A DNA stretch of 64,000 nucleotides from Candidatus Binatia bacterium (GCA_963664395.2 OY761159.2:1504001-1568000); one strand, 5' to 3'. Positions 9,013 to 19,585 are shown, counted from the stretch's first letter. Numbers and translations are program-made. Notes: generated by a model from the sequence alone, not told the origin.

Positions 9013-10200
9013 ATGACAAAACGTACTGTTATCGGTCTGATGTCCGGCACGTCTCATGATGGGATTGATGCCGTGCTGGTTGATATTGCACGCGTGAGTC
9101 GCCGCTTCCGTATTCAACAACGGGCATTTCGCTCATTTCCGTATTCTCGCCCTGTTCGGTCCCGCCTCTTGAGATTAAGCCAGGGAGCCCGGATTGATGC
9201 CGGCGAAGTCTCACAAGTCAATGTGCTCCTCGGCGAGTTGTTTGCGCGGGCGGTGCTCAAGCTGTGTGAAAGAGCCGCCATCTCGTGGGAGCAGGTTGAT
9301 GCCATCGGCTCCCACGGACATACTGTCTATCATAACCCCCACCAACGACCCGGACCAGGTTCGACCCTCCAGATTGGAGAGCCGGCCGTCATTGCGAATC
9401 GGACCGGTATCACAACGATAGCGGACTTTCGACCGGCAGACGTTGCGCTAGGCGGAGAAGGCGCACCGCTCGTTCCCTATGTGCACGCCTGCCTGTTTCA
9501 ACACCCTACCCGTGCGGTCGCCGTTCATAATATCGGTGGGATCGCCAACGTCACCGCCCTGCCTCCCCGTTCGACACAACAGGACCTGCTGGCTTTTGAT
9601 ACCGGCCCTGGGAATATGTTAATTGACAGCGTTGTGCACACAGTCACAAAGGGCAAGCGGTTGTACGACCGGAACGGCCGCATGGCCAAAGCCGGGAGCG
9701 TGCACACCCGTCTGCTGCATGAACTGCTCCGGCATCGCTACTTTGCTCGGCGCCCGCCCAAGTCGACCGGCAGGGAAGAATTCGGCGCGCCGTTTGTCGA
9801 GCGTTTTCTCAAACGTGCAGCGCAGCTCAACCTGTCTCCGAACGACCAGGCGGCGACTGCAACCGCCTTAACCGCAACGAGCATGGCCCAGGCGTATCAC
9901 GACTTTATCCTGCCGCAGGGTCCGCTCGCCGAGGTCTACCTCACCGGTGGTGGGGCACTCAACCCGACCCTGCGGATGCAATTCGCCCAGGCGTTGCCCG
10001 CTGTCCGAATCCGACTGCTTGAAGAGACAGGCTATGCGAGCCAGTCTTTGGAAGCCCTGGCGTTTGCCGTTTTAGCCTATGCGACATTGCATGGCCTGCC
10101 ATCGAATGTCCCGAGTGCAACAGGCGCGAGGCGGCCCGTTGTTCTTGGGAAAATTGTTCCTGGTAAGAATTATCGTGACGTCCGCGTAACGTCCAATTGA
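9013..10200 (+). CDS. anmK: Anhydro-N-acetylmuramic acid kinase
   Basis: IGLMSGTSHDGID, GSHGHT, DFRPADVALGGEGAPLVP, NIGGIAN, FDTGPGN and PPKSTGRE motifs. Confidence 0.95.
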   Translation: MTKRTVIGLMSGTSHDGIDAVLVDIARVSRRFRIQQRAFRSFPYSRPVRSRLLRLSQGARIDAGEVSQVNVLLGELFARAVLKLCERAAISWEQVDAIGSHGHTVYHNPHQRPGPGSTLQIGEPAVIANRTGITTIADFRPADVALGGEGAPLVPYVHACLFQHPTRAVAVHNIGGIANVTALPPRSTQQDLLAFDTGPGNMLIDSVVHTVTKGKRLYDRNGRMAKAGSVHTRLLHELLRHRYFARRPPKSTGREEFGAPFVERFLKRAAQLNLSPNDQAATATALTATSMAQAYHDFILPQGPLAEVYLTGGGALNPTLRMQFAQALPAVRIRLLEETGYASQSLEALAFAVLAYATLHGLPSNVPSATGARRPVVLGKIVPGKNYRDVRVTSN

Positions 10201-10225
10201 GCGAGCGAACAGAGAGGAAAGAGAC

Positions 10226-11299
10226 ATGGCAAAGCGTGTTGTGGTTATTCCCGGTGATGATGCCGCGCCGGAGGCAATGGCGCCGACGGTTGAGATCCTG
10301 AAAAACTTTGCGCTCGACATACACTTCACGGAGTTTCCGTCCGGTCAAGCAGGAGTGAAACAGTACGGCTCACGGAAGGGCTTTGAGAGGGCGCTGCGGG
10401 AAGCGATTGACCAGTCGGACTCGACCCTGTTCGGTTCGACCAATGGCACCACCGGCGGTATCGGGTATCTGCGCTGGGGCAAACAGACGTATGCCAACGT
10501 CCGTCCGGCACGCTGGCGGCCGGGATTTCAGAGCCCGCTCAAAAGCCCGGAATCCATTGACTTTGTTATCGTTCGAGAAAATCTGGAAGACCTGTATATG
10601 GGGGTGGAGGGCGAGTTGAAGGCCCTCTCACCACTGTCATTGATGAGTACCATTACCCGCAAGCCGCTCGATACAACGGCGAAGGGCCGGTTTGCCATTA
10701 AAGCGATTACAGAGGAAGGCTCCCGCCGCATTGCCCGCTTTGCCTTTGAACTTGCGCGCAAACGGAAGGCCCAGGGGAGAAAGGGACTCGTCACCTGTAC
10801 CAGCAAATACAATATGCTGCATAAAAGTGACGGATTATTCCGTGAAGTTGTCGAAGCAACGGCCAGAGAGTATCCCGACCTGGGCTATGAACAATACATT
10901 GTCGATGATTTTGCGCGGCGTCTGGTCGCCAGCCCGTCGCAATTTGATGTGGCTGTCATGCCGAACTTGTATGGTGATATCCTGTCCGACGTTGCTGCCG
11001 GAACCATTGGCGGCCTGGGACTCGCACCCAGCGGCTGCTATGGCGACACGTACGCCTATTTTGAATCCGTCCATGGCTCTGCCCCTGATATTGCCGGCCG
11101 GAATATTATCAACCCTACGGCGACCTTGCTCTCAGCCGTGCTGCTGCTCAACTATCTCGCCTGGACCAACGAGGCACAGCGTCTTGAGGCCGCGGTCGCG
11201 CACGTATATGCAAACGGCGAGACCCTCCCCCCTGACCAAGGCGGGTCAGCATCAACAACTGCATTCTGTGCGGAAGTCCGGAAAGTACTCTTTGGCTAA
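10226..11299 (+). CDS. Isocitrate/isopropylmalate dehydrogenase family protein
   Basis: ANVRP, IVRENLEDLY, PNLYGDILSD and HGSAPDIAG motifs; substrate not assignable. Confidence 0.9.
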   Translation: MAKRVVVIPGDDAAPEAMAPTVEILKNFALDIHFTEFPSGQAGVKQYGSRKGFERALREAIDQSDSTLFGSTNGTTGGIGYLRWGKQTYANVRPARWRPGFQSPLKSPESIDFVIVRENLEDLYMGVEGELKALSPLSLMSTITRKPLDTTAKGRFAIKAITEEGSRRIARFAFELARKRKAQGRKGLVTCTSKYNMLHKSDGLFREVVEATAREYPDLGYEQYIVDDFARRLVASPSQFDVAVMPNLYGDILSDVAAGTIGGLGLAPSGCYGDTYAYFESVHGSAPDIAGRNIINPTATLLSAVLLLNYLAWTNEAQRLEAAVAHVYANGETLPPDQGGSASTTAFCAEVRKVLFG

Positions 11300-11343
11300 G
11301 AGTACACCGACTCTAACCACTCTGGCGACTCTTGGGAGGGAAA

Positions 11344-11520
11344 CTATCCCGAGGTCTTGCTCCGGGGGCGCTTCACAACAACAATACTTTGCCCGTTCAC
11401 TCGAACCGTCCGCCGACCTGAGGCGGGAGAAGAAGACTGCAGGACCGGCTTGCGGCCACGTTCTTCCCGCCATTGTTTGAGTTGTTGTTCCAGGTCCTTC
11501 GAATCCACTTGTTCCTCCAT
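11344..11520 (-). CDS. Small hypothetical protein (58 aa) downstream of rpoD
   Basis: Below the ORF-track cutoff; GGAG RBS, then MEEQVDSKDLEQQLKQWREERGRKPVLQSSSPASGRRTVRVNGQSIVVVKRPRSKTSG*. Confidence 0.45.
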   Translation of the reverse strand: MEEQVDSKDLEQQLKQWREERGRKPVLQSSSPASGRRTVRVNGQSIVVVKRPRSKTSG

Positions 11521-11543
11521 ACTACTCCAATATTTTCGGCTTC

Positions 11544-13361
11544 TCAGCCATCTATAAATGCTTCCAAACTCTTTGCTCGGGTTGGGTTGCGCAGTTTCCG
11601 TAACGCTTTGGCCTCAATCTGACGAATGCGCTCACGGGTCACGGCAAAGCGCTGTCCAACTTCTTCAAGCGTGTAGTCCGTCTTTTCATCAATGCCAAAC
11701 CGCATACGCAGAATTTGCTCCTCACGCGGTGTCAGTGTGGCAAGGACCTTGCGCGTCTGCTCCTCCAAACTGAGGGCCATGGCGGCGTCTGCCGGAGAGA
11801 GGGTTTGACGATCTTCAACAAAATCTCCCAGCGAACTCTCTTCATCGTCTCCAATCGGTGTCTCCAGCGAGACTGGCTCTTTCACAATCTTGAGGACTTT
11901 CCTGACCTTGTCCGCGGGTACTTCCATTTGGACGGCAATTTCTTCCGGCGAAGGTTCCCGGCCGAGTTGTTGGACCAGATAGCGAGAGGTCCGAAGCACC
12001 TTGTTGATCGTCTCAATCATGTGGACCGGGATGCGAATCGTCCGAGCCTGGTCAGCGATTGCCCGACTCACGGACTGTCGAATCCACCACGTCGCATAGG
12101 TCGAGAATTTATAGCCGCGTTGATACTCAAATTTCTCAACCGCGCGCATCAGACCAATATTGCCTTCCTGGATCAAGTCGAGAAATCCCAGCCCGCGGTT
12201 GACATAGCGTTTGGCAATACTCACCACAAGGCGCAGATTGGCTTCAATGAGACGGCGCTTGCCTTCTTGTGCCTGAGCCTCTCCTCGGGCGATCGTCTGA
12301 AGGGACTGACGCATCTCGTCAATATCCGTTCCAAGCTGCTCCTCAATGCGCCGAATTTCCTTGCGGGCGTCTTTGATGGCCTGACTTGCCTCTTGGAGCT
12401 TCTGCTCCTGGGCTTTCCCAACCTTTCCCACGCTCACACCCCGGGCACTCCCATTCTTCGAGGTGGACGTACGCGCCAGAGCAATAATCTCAGACGCCTT
12501 GCAATTCAGGCTGGACTCTTGTCTGCGGATAGTCCGGTCCTGCTTTTCCATCCTGACACCGACTTCCTTCAATTTATCCACAACAATCGTAATATGCCGT
12601 CGCCCTAAAGGCAGCTCATCAAGTGCAACCCAGATATTCTCGCATACATGGCGAAGCCGCTTGAGCGCTTTCTCGCGTTCTTTTACCGGACTCCGCTTAC
12701 GAGACAAATTTTCAGCTTTTTCCCGCTCCCCGGCAAGGCGTTTGAGCGGCCCCATACGACTCAGAAACATCGCAATCCGCGGGTCTTCCCTCCCGGACGC
12801 CTCACTATCCTCGTCTTCGTCGCCGAAAATACGCCGCGCTTCTGTCTCATCCTGTTTGAGACGAGCGCCGAGAGATAAAATATACTGGAGCGCTAAGGGA
12901 GCAGCGAAGATTTCCCGGCGAATATGCATCTCTCCGGCCTCGATCTCTTTCGCAATCGTGACCTCCTCCTCACGGCTCAGGAGTGGGATATTGCCCATCT
13001 CCTGGAGGTACATCCGGACGGGGTCTGAGGTGTCTCCCGTCACCGCCTCCCCGGTCGCGGCCACTTTCTCTTCCCAGCTCTCTTCGTCCGATTTGGCAAC
13101 CTCAACAGCAGCGGTCCCCTCTTCTTCAATGCTGATGGAATTATCGTCCGCAAGAATGTCGACAGTATCAATATCCATGTCTTCAAGAATGGACATGACG
13201 TGTTCGGTTTCTTTTGTCGGCGTTCCTCTTTGCAGTGAAGAAGCGGCGGCTTGGACCTCTGTAAGCGCGGGCTTTTCAGTCCCCGCTGTGGCTGCCTTCG
13301 TGGAAGTCTTTCGTAGAGTGTGCGAAACAGTCGCCATCTTTTTATTCTTCTTTTTTTCCAT
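11544..13361 (-). CDS. rpoD: RNA polymerase sigma factor RpoD (sigma-70)
   Basis: [36 protein letters not shown] and [17 protein letters not shown] motifs. Confidence 0.96.
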   Translation of the reverse strand: MEKKKNKKMATVSHTLRKTSTKAATAGTEKPALTEVQAAASSLQRGTPTKETEHVMSILEDMDIDTVDILADDNSISIEEEGTAAVEVAKSDEESWEEKVAATGEAVTGDTSDPVRMYLQEMGNIPLLSREEEVTIAKEIEAGEMHIRREIFAAPLALQYILSLGARLKQDETEARRIFGDEDEDSEASGREDPRIAMFLSRMGPLKRLAGEREKAENLSRKRSPVKEREKALKRLRHVCENIWVALDELPLGRRHITIVVDKLKEVGVRMEKQDRTIRRQESSLNCKASEIIALARTSTSKNGSARGVSVGKVGKAQEQKLQEASQAIKDARKEIRRIEEQLGTDIDEMRQSLQTIARGEAQAQEGKRRLIEANLRLVVSIAKRYVNRGLGFLDLIQEGNIGLMRAVEKFEYQRGYKFSTYATWWIRQSVSRAIADQARTIRIPVHMIETINKVLRTSRYLVQQLGREPSPEEIAVQMEVPADKVRKVLKIVKEPVSLETPIGDDEESSLGDFVEDRQTLSPADAAMALSLEEQTRKVLATLTPREEQILRMRFGIDEKTDYTLEEVGQRFAVTRERIRQIEAKALRKLRNPTRAKSLEAFIDG

Positions 13362-13558
13362 AGGATGCTTCAGTCCCCTTTACCCAAACGGCGTCAAAAC
13401 ACGACAGGACGTCGCTATTCCTTCATCCTGACGCATATACAAGCAAGGAAAAAGCCTGACTCCCCCGACAGAGTAACTTCTGCTTGGTTGATACAAAAGA
13501 ATTTATGGGTAGGCCGATGCACTTGGCCAGAGCTTCTGAAAAAATAAAGGTCTGCTAC

Positions 13559-13587
13559 ATATTAGGGGCACTCAGGCGGGAAGTCAA
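13559..13587 (-). promoter_or_regulatory. Putative sigma-70 promoter of rpoD
   Basis: Minus strand TTGACT-17 bp-TAATAT about 200 bp upstream of the ATG. Confidence 0.5.
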
Positions 13588-13670
13588 GAGAAAATCCGGA
13601 TGCCGAAGACAATCCGAAGACGATAGCGCCCAGGAGGCAGTCATGACACCGGCTGATTATGGGGCCACGC

Positions 13671-14276
13671 TTATGACTCGTGCTTGATACGCAGTTTCCC
13701 GAGCAAATACTTCAGCCCCTGGAGCATTTCGTGCTGAGCCCGGACGGCATCGGTGGCGTGGGAGATGTATACACCCGCTTCGAGGAAAGACCCCCACAAC
13801 AGCCGGGCCAGCGTTTTGTGCGGGGCCTCTTCGATAAAGCCTTCCGTCGCCAACTGCCCCAAGACCTGACCGATGAGGTCCACTGCCTGCACGTTTTTGT
13901 GCCAGATGTCCGGGTCTAAAACGGACGGGCCATCAGTAAAAATAATGCGCTGCGCGCTCTTGTCAGAGAGAGATTCAATAAAGGCGGTGCAGCCCGTCTC
14001 GATAAACCGCTGCCAGAGATTACCCTCAGCCGCCTGCACGCGCGTCATAACCGCCTGCGTTCGAGATTGTCTGAACCGCTCAAAAACGGCTTGGAACAGG
14101 GATTTTTTATCATGAAAATGATAATACAGCGCGCCTCTGGTCACCCCGGCACGTTCCACAATGTCCTTGGTGGATGTGTCGGCATACCCCCGCTCGGCAA
14201 ACATCTCGTGGGCAATGGTCAGTAAAGCTGCCCGAGTCCTCTCATATTGTTCGGCTTTTGGAAGCGCTGCTGCCAT
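13671..14276 (-). CDS. TetR/AcrR family regulator (paralog 1)
   Basis: FAERGYADTSTKDIVERAGVTRGALYYHF helix-turn-helix; GGAGAGG RBS before ATG 14276. Confidence 0.92.
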   Translation of the reverse strand: MAAALPKAEQYERTRAALLTIAHEMFAERGYADTSTKDIVERAGVTRGALYYHFHDKKSLFQAVFERFRQSRTQAVMTRVQAAEGNLWQRFIETGCTAFIESLSDKSAQRIIFTDGPSVLDPDIWHKNVQAVDLIGQVLGQLATEGFIEEAPHKTLARLLWGSFLEAGVYISHATDAVRAQHEMLQGLKYLLGKLRIKHES

Positions 14277-14333
14277 ACCTCTCCCCCTCCCTTTCTCCCT
14301 TATGTGAATCAGGTTACTTAGTATGAAAGTACG

Positions 14334-14534
14334 TTGACATACATACATACATATTATATGTATGTATGTCAAATACGCCTATCTTCAGACAAGCACTATC
14401 AACACCTGAACCCGCCCGGCAATCTCGATCTTGGCCGGAACTATTTACATACATTCCATATGCATATATAAATTTTGTTGACATACAATCCATATGTGTG
14501 TTAAATGGTTTTCGCATGCAAACCGTATGTATTC
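14334..14534. promoter_or_regulatory. Array of palindromic operators (ACATACA-N7-TGTATGT) in the divergent tetR/tadD promoter region
   Basis: 16-bp-arm palindrome at 14334-14372; motif copies start at 14345, 14447, 14481 and 14514; two overlap or adjoin TTGACA hexamers. Confidence 0.75.
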
Positions 14535-15250
14535 TGAAACCTGGTGTCTTCACCACGCTTGCCGCAGCGGGACTTGTGGTGTTCCTGAGCGCGTGCAGTC
14601 GGCTGCCGGGCGGGCCGAAACGGAGTGCGCTTGGCCCGGCCCAACAGCAGATGTTGGACAGTAGCCTGAAGGTGTCGGCAGCAGCCATCCAAACCGGCCA
14701 ACCGGTCGCCGCCGGGCGGATGTATGAGCGGCTGTCCGCTTCCTTCCCGAGCGCGCCGGAGCCGAAACTCGGACTGGCCTATATGGCCCTGCACGCGGGC
14801 GACTTCGCTACCGCGGATGCGCTGTTCACCGAAGCCAGCACACTGGCCACGCGACCGGCCATCAAGGCCGAGGCCCTGCTCGGTGCCGGGCGAGCGAGCC
14901 TGGGGCGGGAAGACTTCGCCACGGCCAAGACCCACTTCCTCGCCGCCACCGAACTGGCCAACGGCACGCCGGTAGCCTCCTGGGTGATGAACGGTCTGGC
15001 AGTCGTTGCAGCGATTGAGGGCGATTACCCGCTGGCGGAGAAACATTACAAACAGGCGCTGGCATTGGTAACCCATCCGCTCATTACCGCCAACCTGATG
15101 CGGATGCTCGTCGAAGCGGGACGCATGGACGAAGCACGGCAGCTCCATTCCAGCTACAGCCCTTCCTACTGGGTGGAAAGCGACCAGGCCGAGTTGCCAC
15201 AACTGCTCGAAAACAGCGACAAGGAAAATGACAATGATGGCTCGGGTTAG
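14516..15250 (+). CDS. tadD: TadD-like TPR lipoprotein (secretin pilotin)
   Basis: Lipobox FLSAC, multiple TPR helices, first gene of the Tad locus. Confidence 0.75.
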   Translation: MQTVCILKPGVFTTLAAAGLVVFLSACSRLPGGPKRSALGPAQQQMLDSSLKVSAAAIQTGQPVAAGRMYERLSASFPSAPEPKLGLAYMALHAGDFATADALFTEASTLATRPAIKAEALLGAGRASLGREDFATAKTHFLAATELANGTPVASWVMNGLAVVAAIEGDYPLAEKHYKQALALVTHPLITANLMRMLVEAGRMDEARQLHSSYSPSYWVESDQAELPQLLENSDKENDNDGSG

Positions 15251-16475
15251 ACAACAAAATCCGGACAGGCCACTGGGCCGCTCGCTGATGGCATTCGGCC
15301 TGCTGGTCTGCCTCATGTCCTCAGGACAAGCAGACGCGGCGGAGCCGATCAGGCCGGTCCCGATCATGGTTGAGGTGAACGTAGCGAAAGCGGAGCTGGG
15401 AAAGCGGCTGTTCCACGACGTGAGATTATCGAAGAACGACACCATCTCCTGCGCTACCTGCCACGACCTCAGCGCCGGTGGTGACGACGGACTGGTCGTT
15501 TCCGTCGGGATGGAAGGACGGTCCGGCGTGATGAACGCGCCCACCGTGTTCAACGCCGGTTTCAACTTCAAGCAGTTCTGGGACGGACGGGCGCACACCC
15601 TGAAAGACCAGATTGACGGCCCGTTACAGAGTCGCATCGAGATGGAAAGTATCTGGCCGGATGTCGTGACCAAACTCTTCCAGGACAAGGATTATCCCGG
15701 CATGTTCCAGCAGGTGTATGCCAGCAGTGAACAGACGATTTCCCGCGAGAACATCAAAGACGCCATCGCCGAGTTCATGCGCTCCCTGATTACGCCCAAC
15801 AGTCGCTTCGACCGTTGGCTCAGAGGCGACGCCGAGGCCCTCAGCGATCATGAGCAACAGGGCTACGCCTTGTTTAAGCGCTACGGGTGTGTGTCCTGCC
15901 ATCAAGGGGCAAGCGTGGGCGGCAATATGTTTCAGGTATTCGGCGTGATTAACGATTATTTCAGAAAGCGGGGCAACATTACCGACGCCGACCTGGGGCG
16001 CTTCAACGTCACCGGGAACGAGGCCGACAGACACGCCTTCAAGGTCCCGAGCCTGCGGATGGCCGCCCATACCGCCCCCTATTTGCACGACGGCAGTGCA
16101 GCGACCTTGCGCGACGCGGTCGATGCCATGTTCGAGTTCCAGCTGGGACGAGAAGCGCCGGATGAGGACAAGGAGGCAATCGTGGCGTTCATCGGGACCC
16201 TGGCAGGGGAATACACACACACGAATTACCAATTTGACCTCGGGCAGAGCTCTGCGGCGGACGAAGCCCAGGAAATCTCCACCGGAGCCGAAGTCCAAGA
16301 AATCTCCACCGAAGTCCAGGAAAGCCCTGCGGCAGACATAGCCCAAGAAAGCTCCCAAAACAGAAGAATCAGATCGGGACGTTCGGCAGACATAACCCAA
16401 GGAATCTCCCAAAACGGAACAGCCCCCTCAGCCCCCTCAGGACGCTCGGGACGCTCGGGACGCTCAGGACGATAA
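15228..16475 (+). CDS. Di-heme cytochrome c peroxidase (CCP/MauG family)
   Basis: Signal peptide; CATCH and CVSCH heme motifs, NAPTVFN, QFWDGRA, FKVPSLR, PYLHDGS; low-complexity C-terminal tail. Confidence 0.92.
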   Translation: MTMMARVRQQNPDRPLGRSLMAFGLLVCLMSSGQADAAEPIRPVPIMVEVNVAKAELGKRLFHDVRLSKNDTISCATCHDLSAGGDDGLVVSVGMEGRSGVMNAPTVFNAGFNFKQFWDGRAHTLKDQIDGPLQSRIEMESIWPDVVTKLFQDKDYPGMFQQVYASSEQTISRENIKDAIAEFMRSLITPNSRFDRWLRGDAEALSDHEQQGYALFKRYGCVSCHQGASVGGNMFQVFGVINDYFRKRGNITDADLGRFNVTGNEADRHAFKVPSLRMAAHTAPYLHDGSAATLRDAVDAMFEFQLGREAPDEDKEAIVAFIGTLAGEYTHTNYQFDLGQSSAADEAQEISTGAEVQEISTEVQESPAADIAQESSQNRRIRSGRSADITQGISQNGTAPSAPSGRSGRSGRSGR

Positions 16476-16507
16476 GACACTTACTAAGACGCTTAGGAAT
16501 CATCACC

Positions 16508-18364
16508 ATGAAATCCAAATCAATCACCATCGGCATCTTCCTATCAGTGGCCCTGGTCGTGACCGCAGCAGGGCTGTACTGGATGGCCAGCAGCGCCAGA
16601 GCAGGAAACTATCACCTCGCCATTTCCACCATTCGGCGGATTCAACAACTCGAAGCCCAGTGGAGTATTGAGACCGCCCGGGTCCGGTCCGACCCTCTGG
16701 CCGACTTCGACTCGCTGACCATCTTCATCCCCCGGATAGAGCGACTCAAAGCGACCCTGTCGGAAGCCATCCGGGGCACCCCAAACCTGCCGGACAGGCT
16801 GGTCAACGACACGAACGCCTACCTGAGCGCTATTGACGCCAAGGAAGAAAGGATTGAGCGCTTCAAGACGGGCTACGCCGTGCTGCGCAATTCCGTGCGC
16901 TACCTGCCGCTGGCCGCCACCAACGTGATGCAACAAATGCAGACCCGCGGCGGGAATTCGGCCTTCATCAAAAATATCGCGACCGTCACCGACGAGATCA
17001 ACACCTATCTGGCCTCACCCGCTCCCCCGGAAAAGGAGCGGCTGATGCGGGTATTGGGCGAACTGGGCGACGGTATTGCCTCCCGCCACCCCACGCTCAT
17101 CAACACGGCCATGAACTTTGTCGCCCACGGACAAGTGTTGCTCGACAAACAAGCACCGACCGAAGAATTTTTCCAAGAGGCGACCTCGAATCAAATCAGC
17201 GCCCTCGGAGGAGGCCTCATCAGGGGGTTGGAGTCCCAGATAGACAAGAAAGAGACCCTGGCCGCCTGGTACGAACGCGGCATCGTAGGAACGGGCGCCG
17301 CCTTGTGGCTGATGTGGTTGGGCATCGCATTCGGGATACCCAAGAAAAAAGAACAAGCGAGAAACGACAGCGTCTACAGAGGTCACGCCACCACAGGTGG
17401 CGACGCGGCGGCGCCACTGCCGAAAAATCCACTGATGCTGAGACAACAGGCCGACCCCAGACAACAGGCCGGCCCCAGACAACAGGCCGGCCCCGGACAG
17501 GACGAGGGACTCGAAAGGCTGACCGCAGACCTCATCAAAACCGAGGGGTCCTACACTGAAGAGACCAGCCCGACATCAGCCGCAGAGTTCACGGCCTACC
17601 AGATAGGGGTTGAGCTCGCCTCCGAGCAGTTGGTCGCACTCGCCGAGCGCATCAACAGCAGTACGGATATTCTCAACGACATGCCGGTCAAGCAGGATGA
17701 CAGCGGGCCGGAGTACGACCCTTCCACCCCGGATGCGGACGCCGGGTACACACCGGACGTAGAGCCATCCACCCCGGATGCGGAGAGGGAAGCCGCGGAC
17801 GTAGATCGGGAAGCCACGGCCGCGGTGATGTCGAGCATACACACGCAGGCCAACGGAATCGTTGAGCTGGCGAAACGTCTGCCCGCACTTTCGCCGAAAC
17901 GAGACGATGTCTACGCCCAGCTCGACCTCAACGATTACATTGACGAAATCGCGGACAGCACCCAGGCCAGGATCAGATCGTTAGTCGTCAAAGAGTTGAG
18001 CCCGATTCCGACCGTGCGCGCAGCGGAGTCCGACATCTACCTGATGTTTACCAATATCATTGAGAATGCGGTGTTGGCGATTCAGGAACGGAGACAAAAG
18101 AAAGGGATCATTCGGGTTGAGACCAAACAGGATAACGGAGGCATCCGAGTCACCATCACCGACAACGGGATCGGCATCCGGCCCGAGCGACGCAAGAAAG
18201 TCTTCAACCCGTTCTACACCACCAGAGACGGTGCCATCGGGATGGGACTCACCGTCACCCGCTATCTCGTGGAGAAATACGACGGCACCATCCTGATGAA
18301 CTCCGTACCCAACCAGGGCACGGTGATCCGGATCATGCTGCCCACCCAAGCCCAAGCGGCCTGA
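16508..18364 (+). CDS. DAHL-like periplasmic sensor with HATPase_c domain (histidine-kinase-like, H-box degenerate)
   Basis: Two TM helices flank an all-helical domain (IERFKTGYAVLRNSVRYLP, DAHL-like); C-terminal NIIENA, DNGIGI, FNPFYTT and GMGL boxes. Confidence 0.8.
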   Translation: MKSKSITIGIFLSVALVVTAAGLYWMASSARAGNYHLAISTIRRIQQLEAQWSIETARVRSDPLADFDSLTIFIPRIERLKATLSEAIRGTPNLPDRLVNDTNAYLSAIDAKEERIERFKTGYAVLRNSVRYLPLAATNVMQQMQTRGGNSAFIKNIATVTDEINTYLASPAPPEKERLMRVLGELGDGIASRHPTLINTAMNFVAHGQVLLDKQAPTEEFFQEATSNQISALGGGLIRGLESQIDKKETLAAWYERGIVGTGAALWLMWLGIAFGIPKKKEQARNDSVYRGHATTGGDAAAPLPKNPLMLRQQADPRQQAGPRQQAGPGQDEGLERLTADLIKTEGSYTEETSPTSAAEFTAYQIGVELASEQLVALAERINSSTDILNDMPVKQDDSGPEYDPSTPDADAGYTPDVEPSTPDAEREAADVDREATAAVMSSIHTQANGIVELAKRLPALSPKRDDVYAQLDLNDYIDEIADSTQARIRSLVVKELSPIPTVRAAESDIYLMFTNIIENAVLAIQERRQKKGIIRVETKQDNGGIRVTITDNGIGIRPERRKKVFNPFYTTRDGAIGMGLTVTRYLVEKYDGTILMNSVPNQGTVIRIMLPTQAQAA

Positions 18365-18385
18365 CTTGCAACGAATCGAAAGGAG

Positions 18386-18964
18386 ATGAGTCGCATGTTC
18401 AACATCAAACGATTTCTGGCCTGCCGTCGCGGGGTTGTCGCTCTGGAAAGCGCCATTGCCATCATCCCCCTCATGCTCTGCCTGGCCGGGGTGTTCGAGA
18501 TCGTCCAGAGCATCTTTGCCGGCGACCTGCTCCAGCGCGCCGCCCACCGGGTGGCGCGGGCCAATGCCTTGGCCGCGACCACGGCCAGCGATGCCGCGAA
18601 CCTGGAGGACCGCATCAGACAGGCCATCACCAACGAGGTCGGCGACTGGCTGGACTTTGACCTGACGATGAACGCCGCCTGCCCGCAGCCCCAAGAAGGC
18701 CAACAAGAGGCAGAATACTGCCTGTCGGCCACGGTGCAGGTCTACAACTCTCCGACTGATATGGCGACGACTGACGACAATCCGAACGGCCAACTGTCGC
18801 AGGAGGACGATACCGCGCTGGGTGGCGGGAGCGGCGACATGGTGGTGGTGCGGATGCGCTTGCAGCCCCGATCGGCGCTGGGTCAGCTCCAACAGACATT
18901 GTTCGGTGACGACGGGCTTCGGGCCATAGCTATTATGCGCAACGAAGAACGCATACCGGCGTAA
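18386..18964 (+). CDS. tadE: TadE-like pseudopilin
   Basis: Prepilin cleavage motif RRG|VVALE, hydrophobic helix, C-terminal MRNE. Confidence 0.85.
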   Translation: MSRMFNIKRFLACRRGVVALESAIAIIPLMLCLAGVFEIVQSIFAGDLLQRAAHRVARANALAATTASDAANLEDRIRQAITNEVGDWLDFDLTMNAACPQPQEGQQEAEYCLSATVQVYNSPTDMATTDDNPNGQLSQEDDTALGGGSGDMVVVRMRLQPRSALGQLQQTLFGDDGLRAIAIMRNEERIPA

Positions 18965-18975
18965 CAGGGGTTGTC

Positions 18976-19566
18976 ATGAATCTGAAAAATCTGAAAAACT
19001 ATCTGCGCAACCGACGCGGCGTGGCCTCTATCGAGGCCGCACTCGGCACCGTGGTCATACTCACCGCCTCGGCGCTTGCCCTTGATCTATACCGGCTGGC
19101 CAGCACCCAGACGACGACCCTGCACGCCGCCGTTACCCTGGCGGACACCGTGAGCCGGGACGATCAACTCGAAGCGGGCTTTGTGCAGACGTTGGCCAAA
19201 TTTCTGCACCAGGAGCAGTTCCCCACCTCGAACGTCGTCTTTGTGCTCTCCGCGGTGTACAAGAGCCCCGCCGACCCCGCAGCTTCGCCCACCGTGCTCT
19301 GGACCGAAACGGTCGTGCTCGGCCCGGAAGACGGTCAAGCGCCCACGCTGACCTCGTGCAGTGGGGAGTGGGAAATCAGTATCGACACGCTGAACAATCC
19401 GGCCACCCTGCCGGACGTATTTACCATGTCGCTCGAAGAACTCGCCATTGTCGCAACGGTGTGCGTCGAGCGGACGAACACCGCCATGGCCGGAGCAGTG
19501 TACGCCCACTACATCGTGCCTGCCCGTGCCGATAATTTGGCGACAAATTTGGGCGCGACCGGTTGA
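18976..19566 (+). CDS. tadF: TadE/TadF-like pseudopilin
   Basis: RRG|VASIE prepilin motif plus hydrophobic helix. Confidence 0.8.
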   Translation: MNLKNLKNYLRNRRGVASIEAALGTVVILTASALALDLYRLASTQTTTLHAAVTLADTVSRDDQLEAGFVQTLAKFLHQEQFPTSNVVFVLSAVYKSPADPAASPTVLWTETVVLGPEDGQAPTLTSCSGEWEISIDTLNNPATLPDVFTMSLEELAIVATVCVERTNTAMAGAVYAHYIVPARADNLATNLGATG

Positions 19567-19585
19567 TGGAAGAGGAAGAGTTAGG

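Noticed and set aside
14334-14372. CATA/TATG run as a simple microsatellite
   Set aside because: It forms a palindrome whose core recurs at four other positions near the TetR promoters, so it is better explained as an operator.
14501-15688. 395-aa minus-strand ORF and other long antisense ORFs (e.g. 22835-23971, 25755-26969, 51196-52386, 12463-13431)
   Set aside because: Shadow ORFs opposite well-supported genes in GC-rich DNA, with no recognisable motifs.
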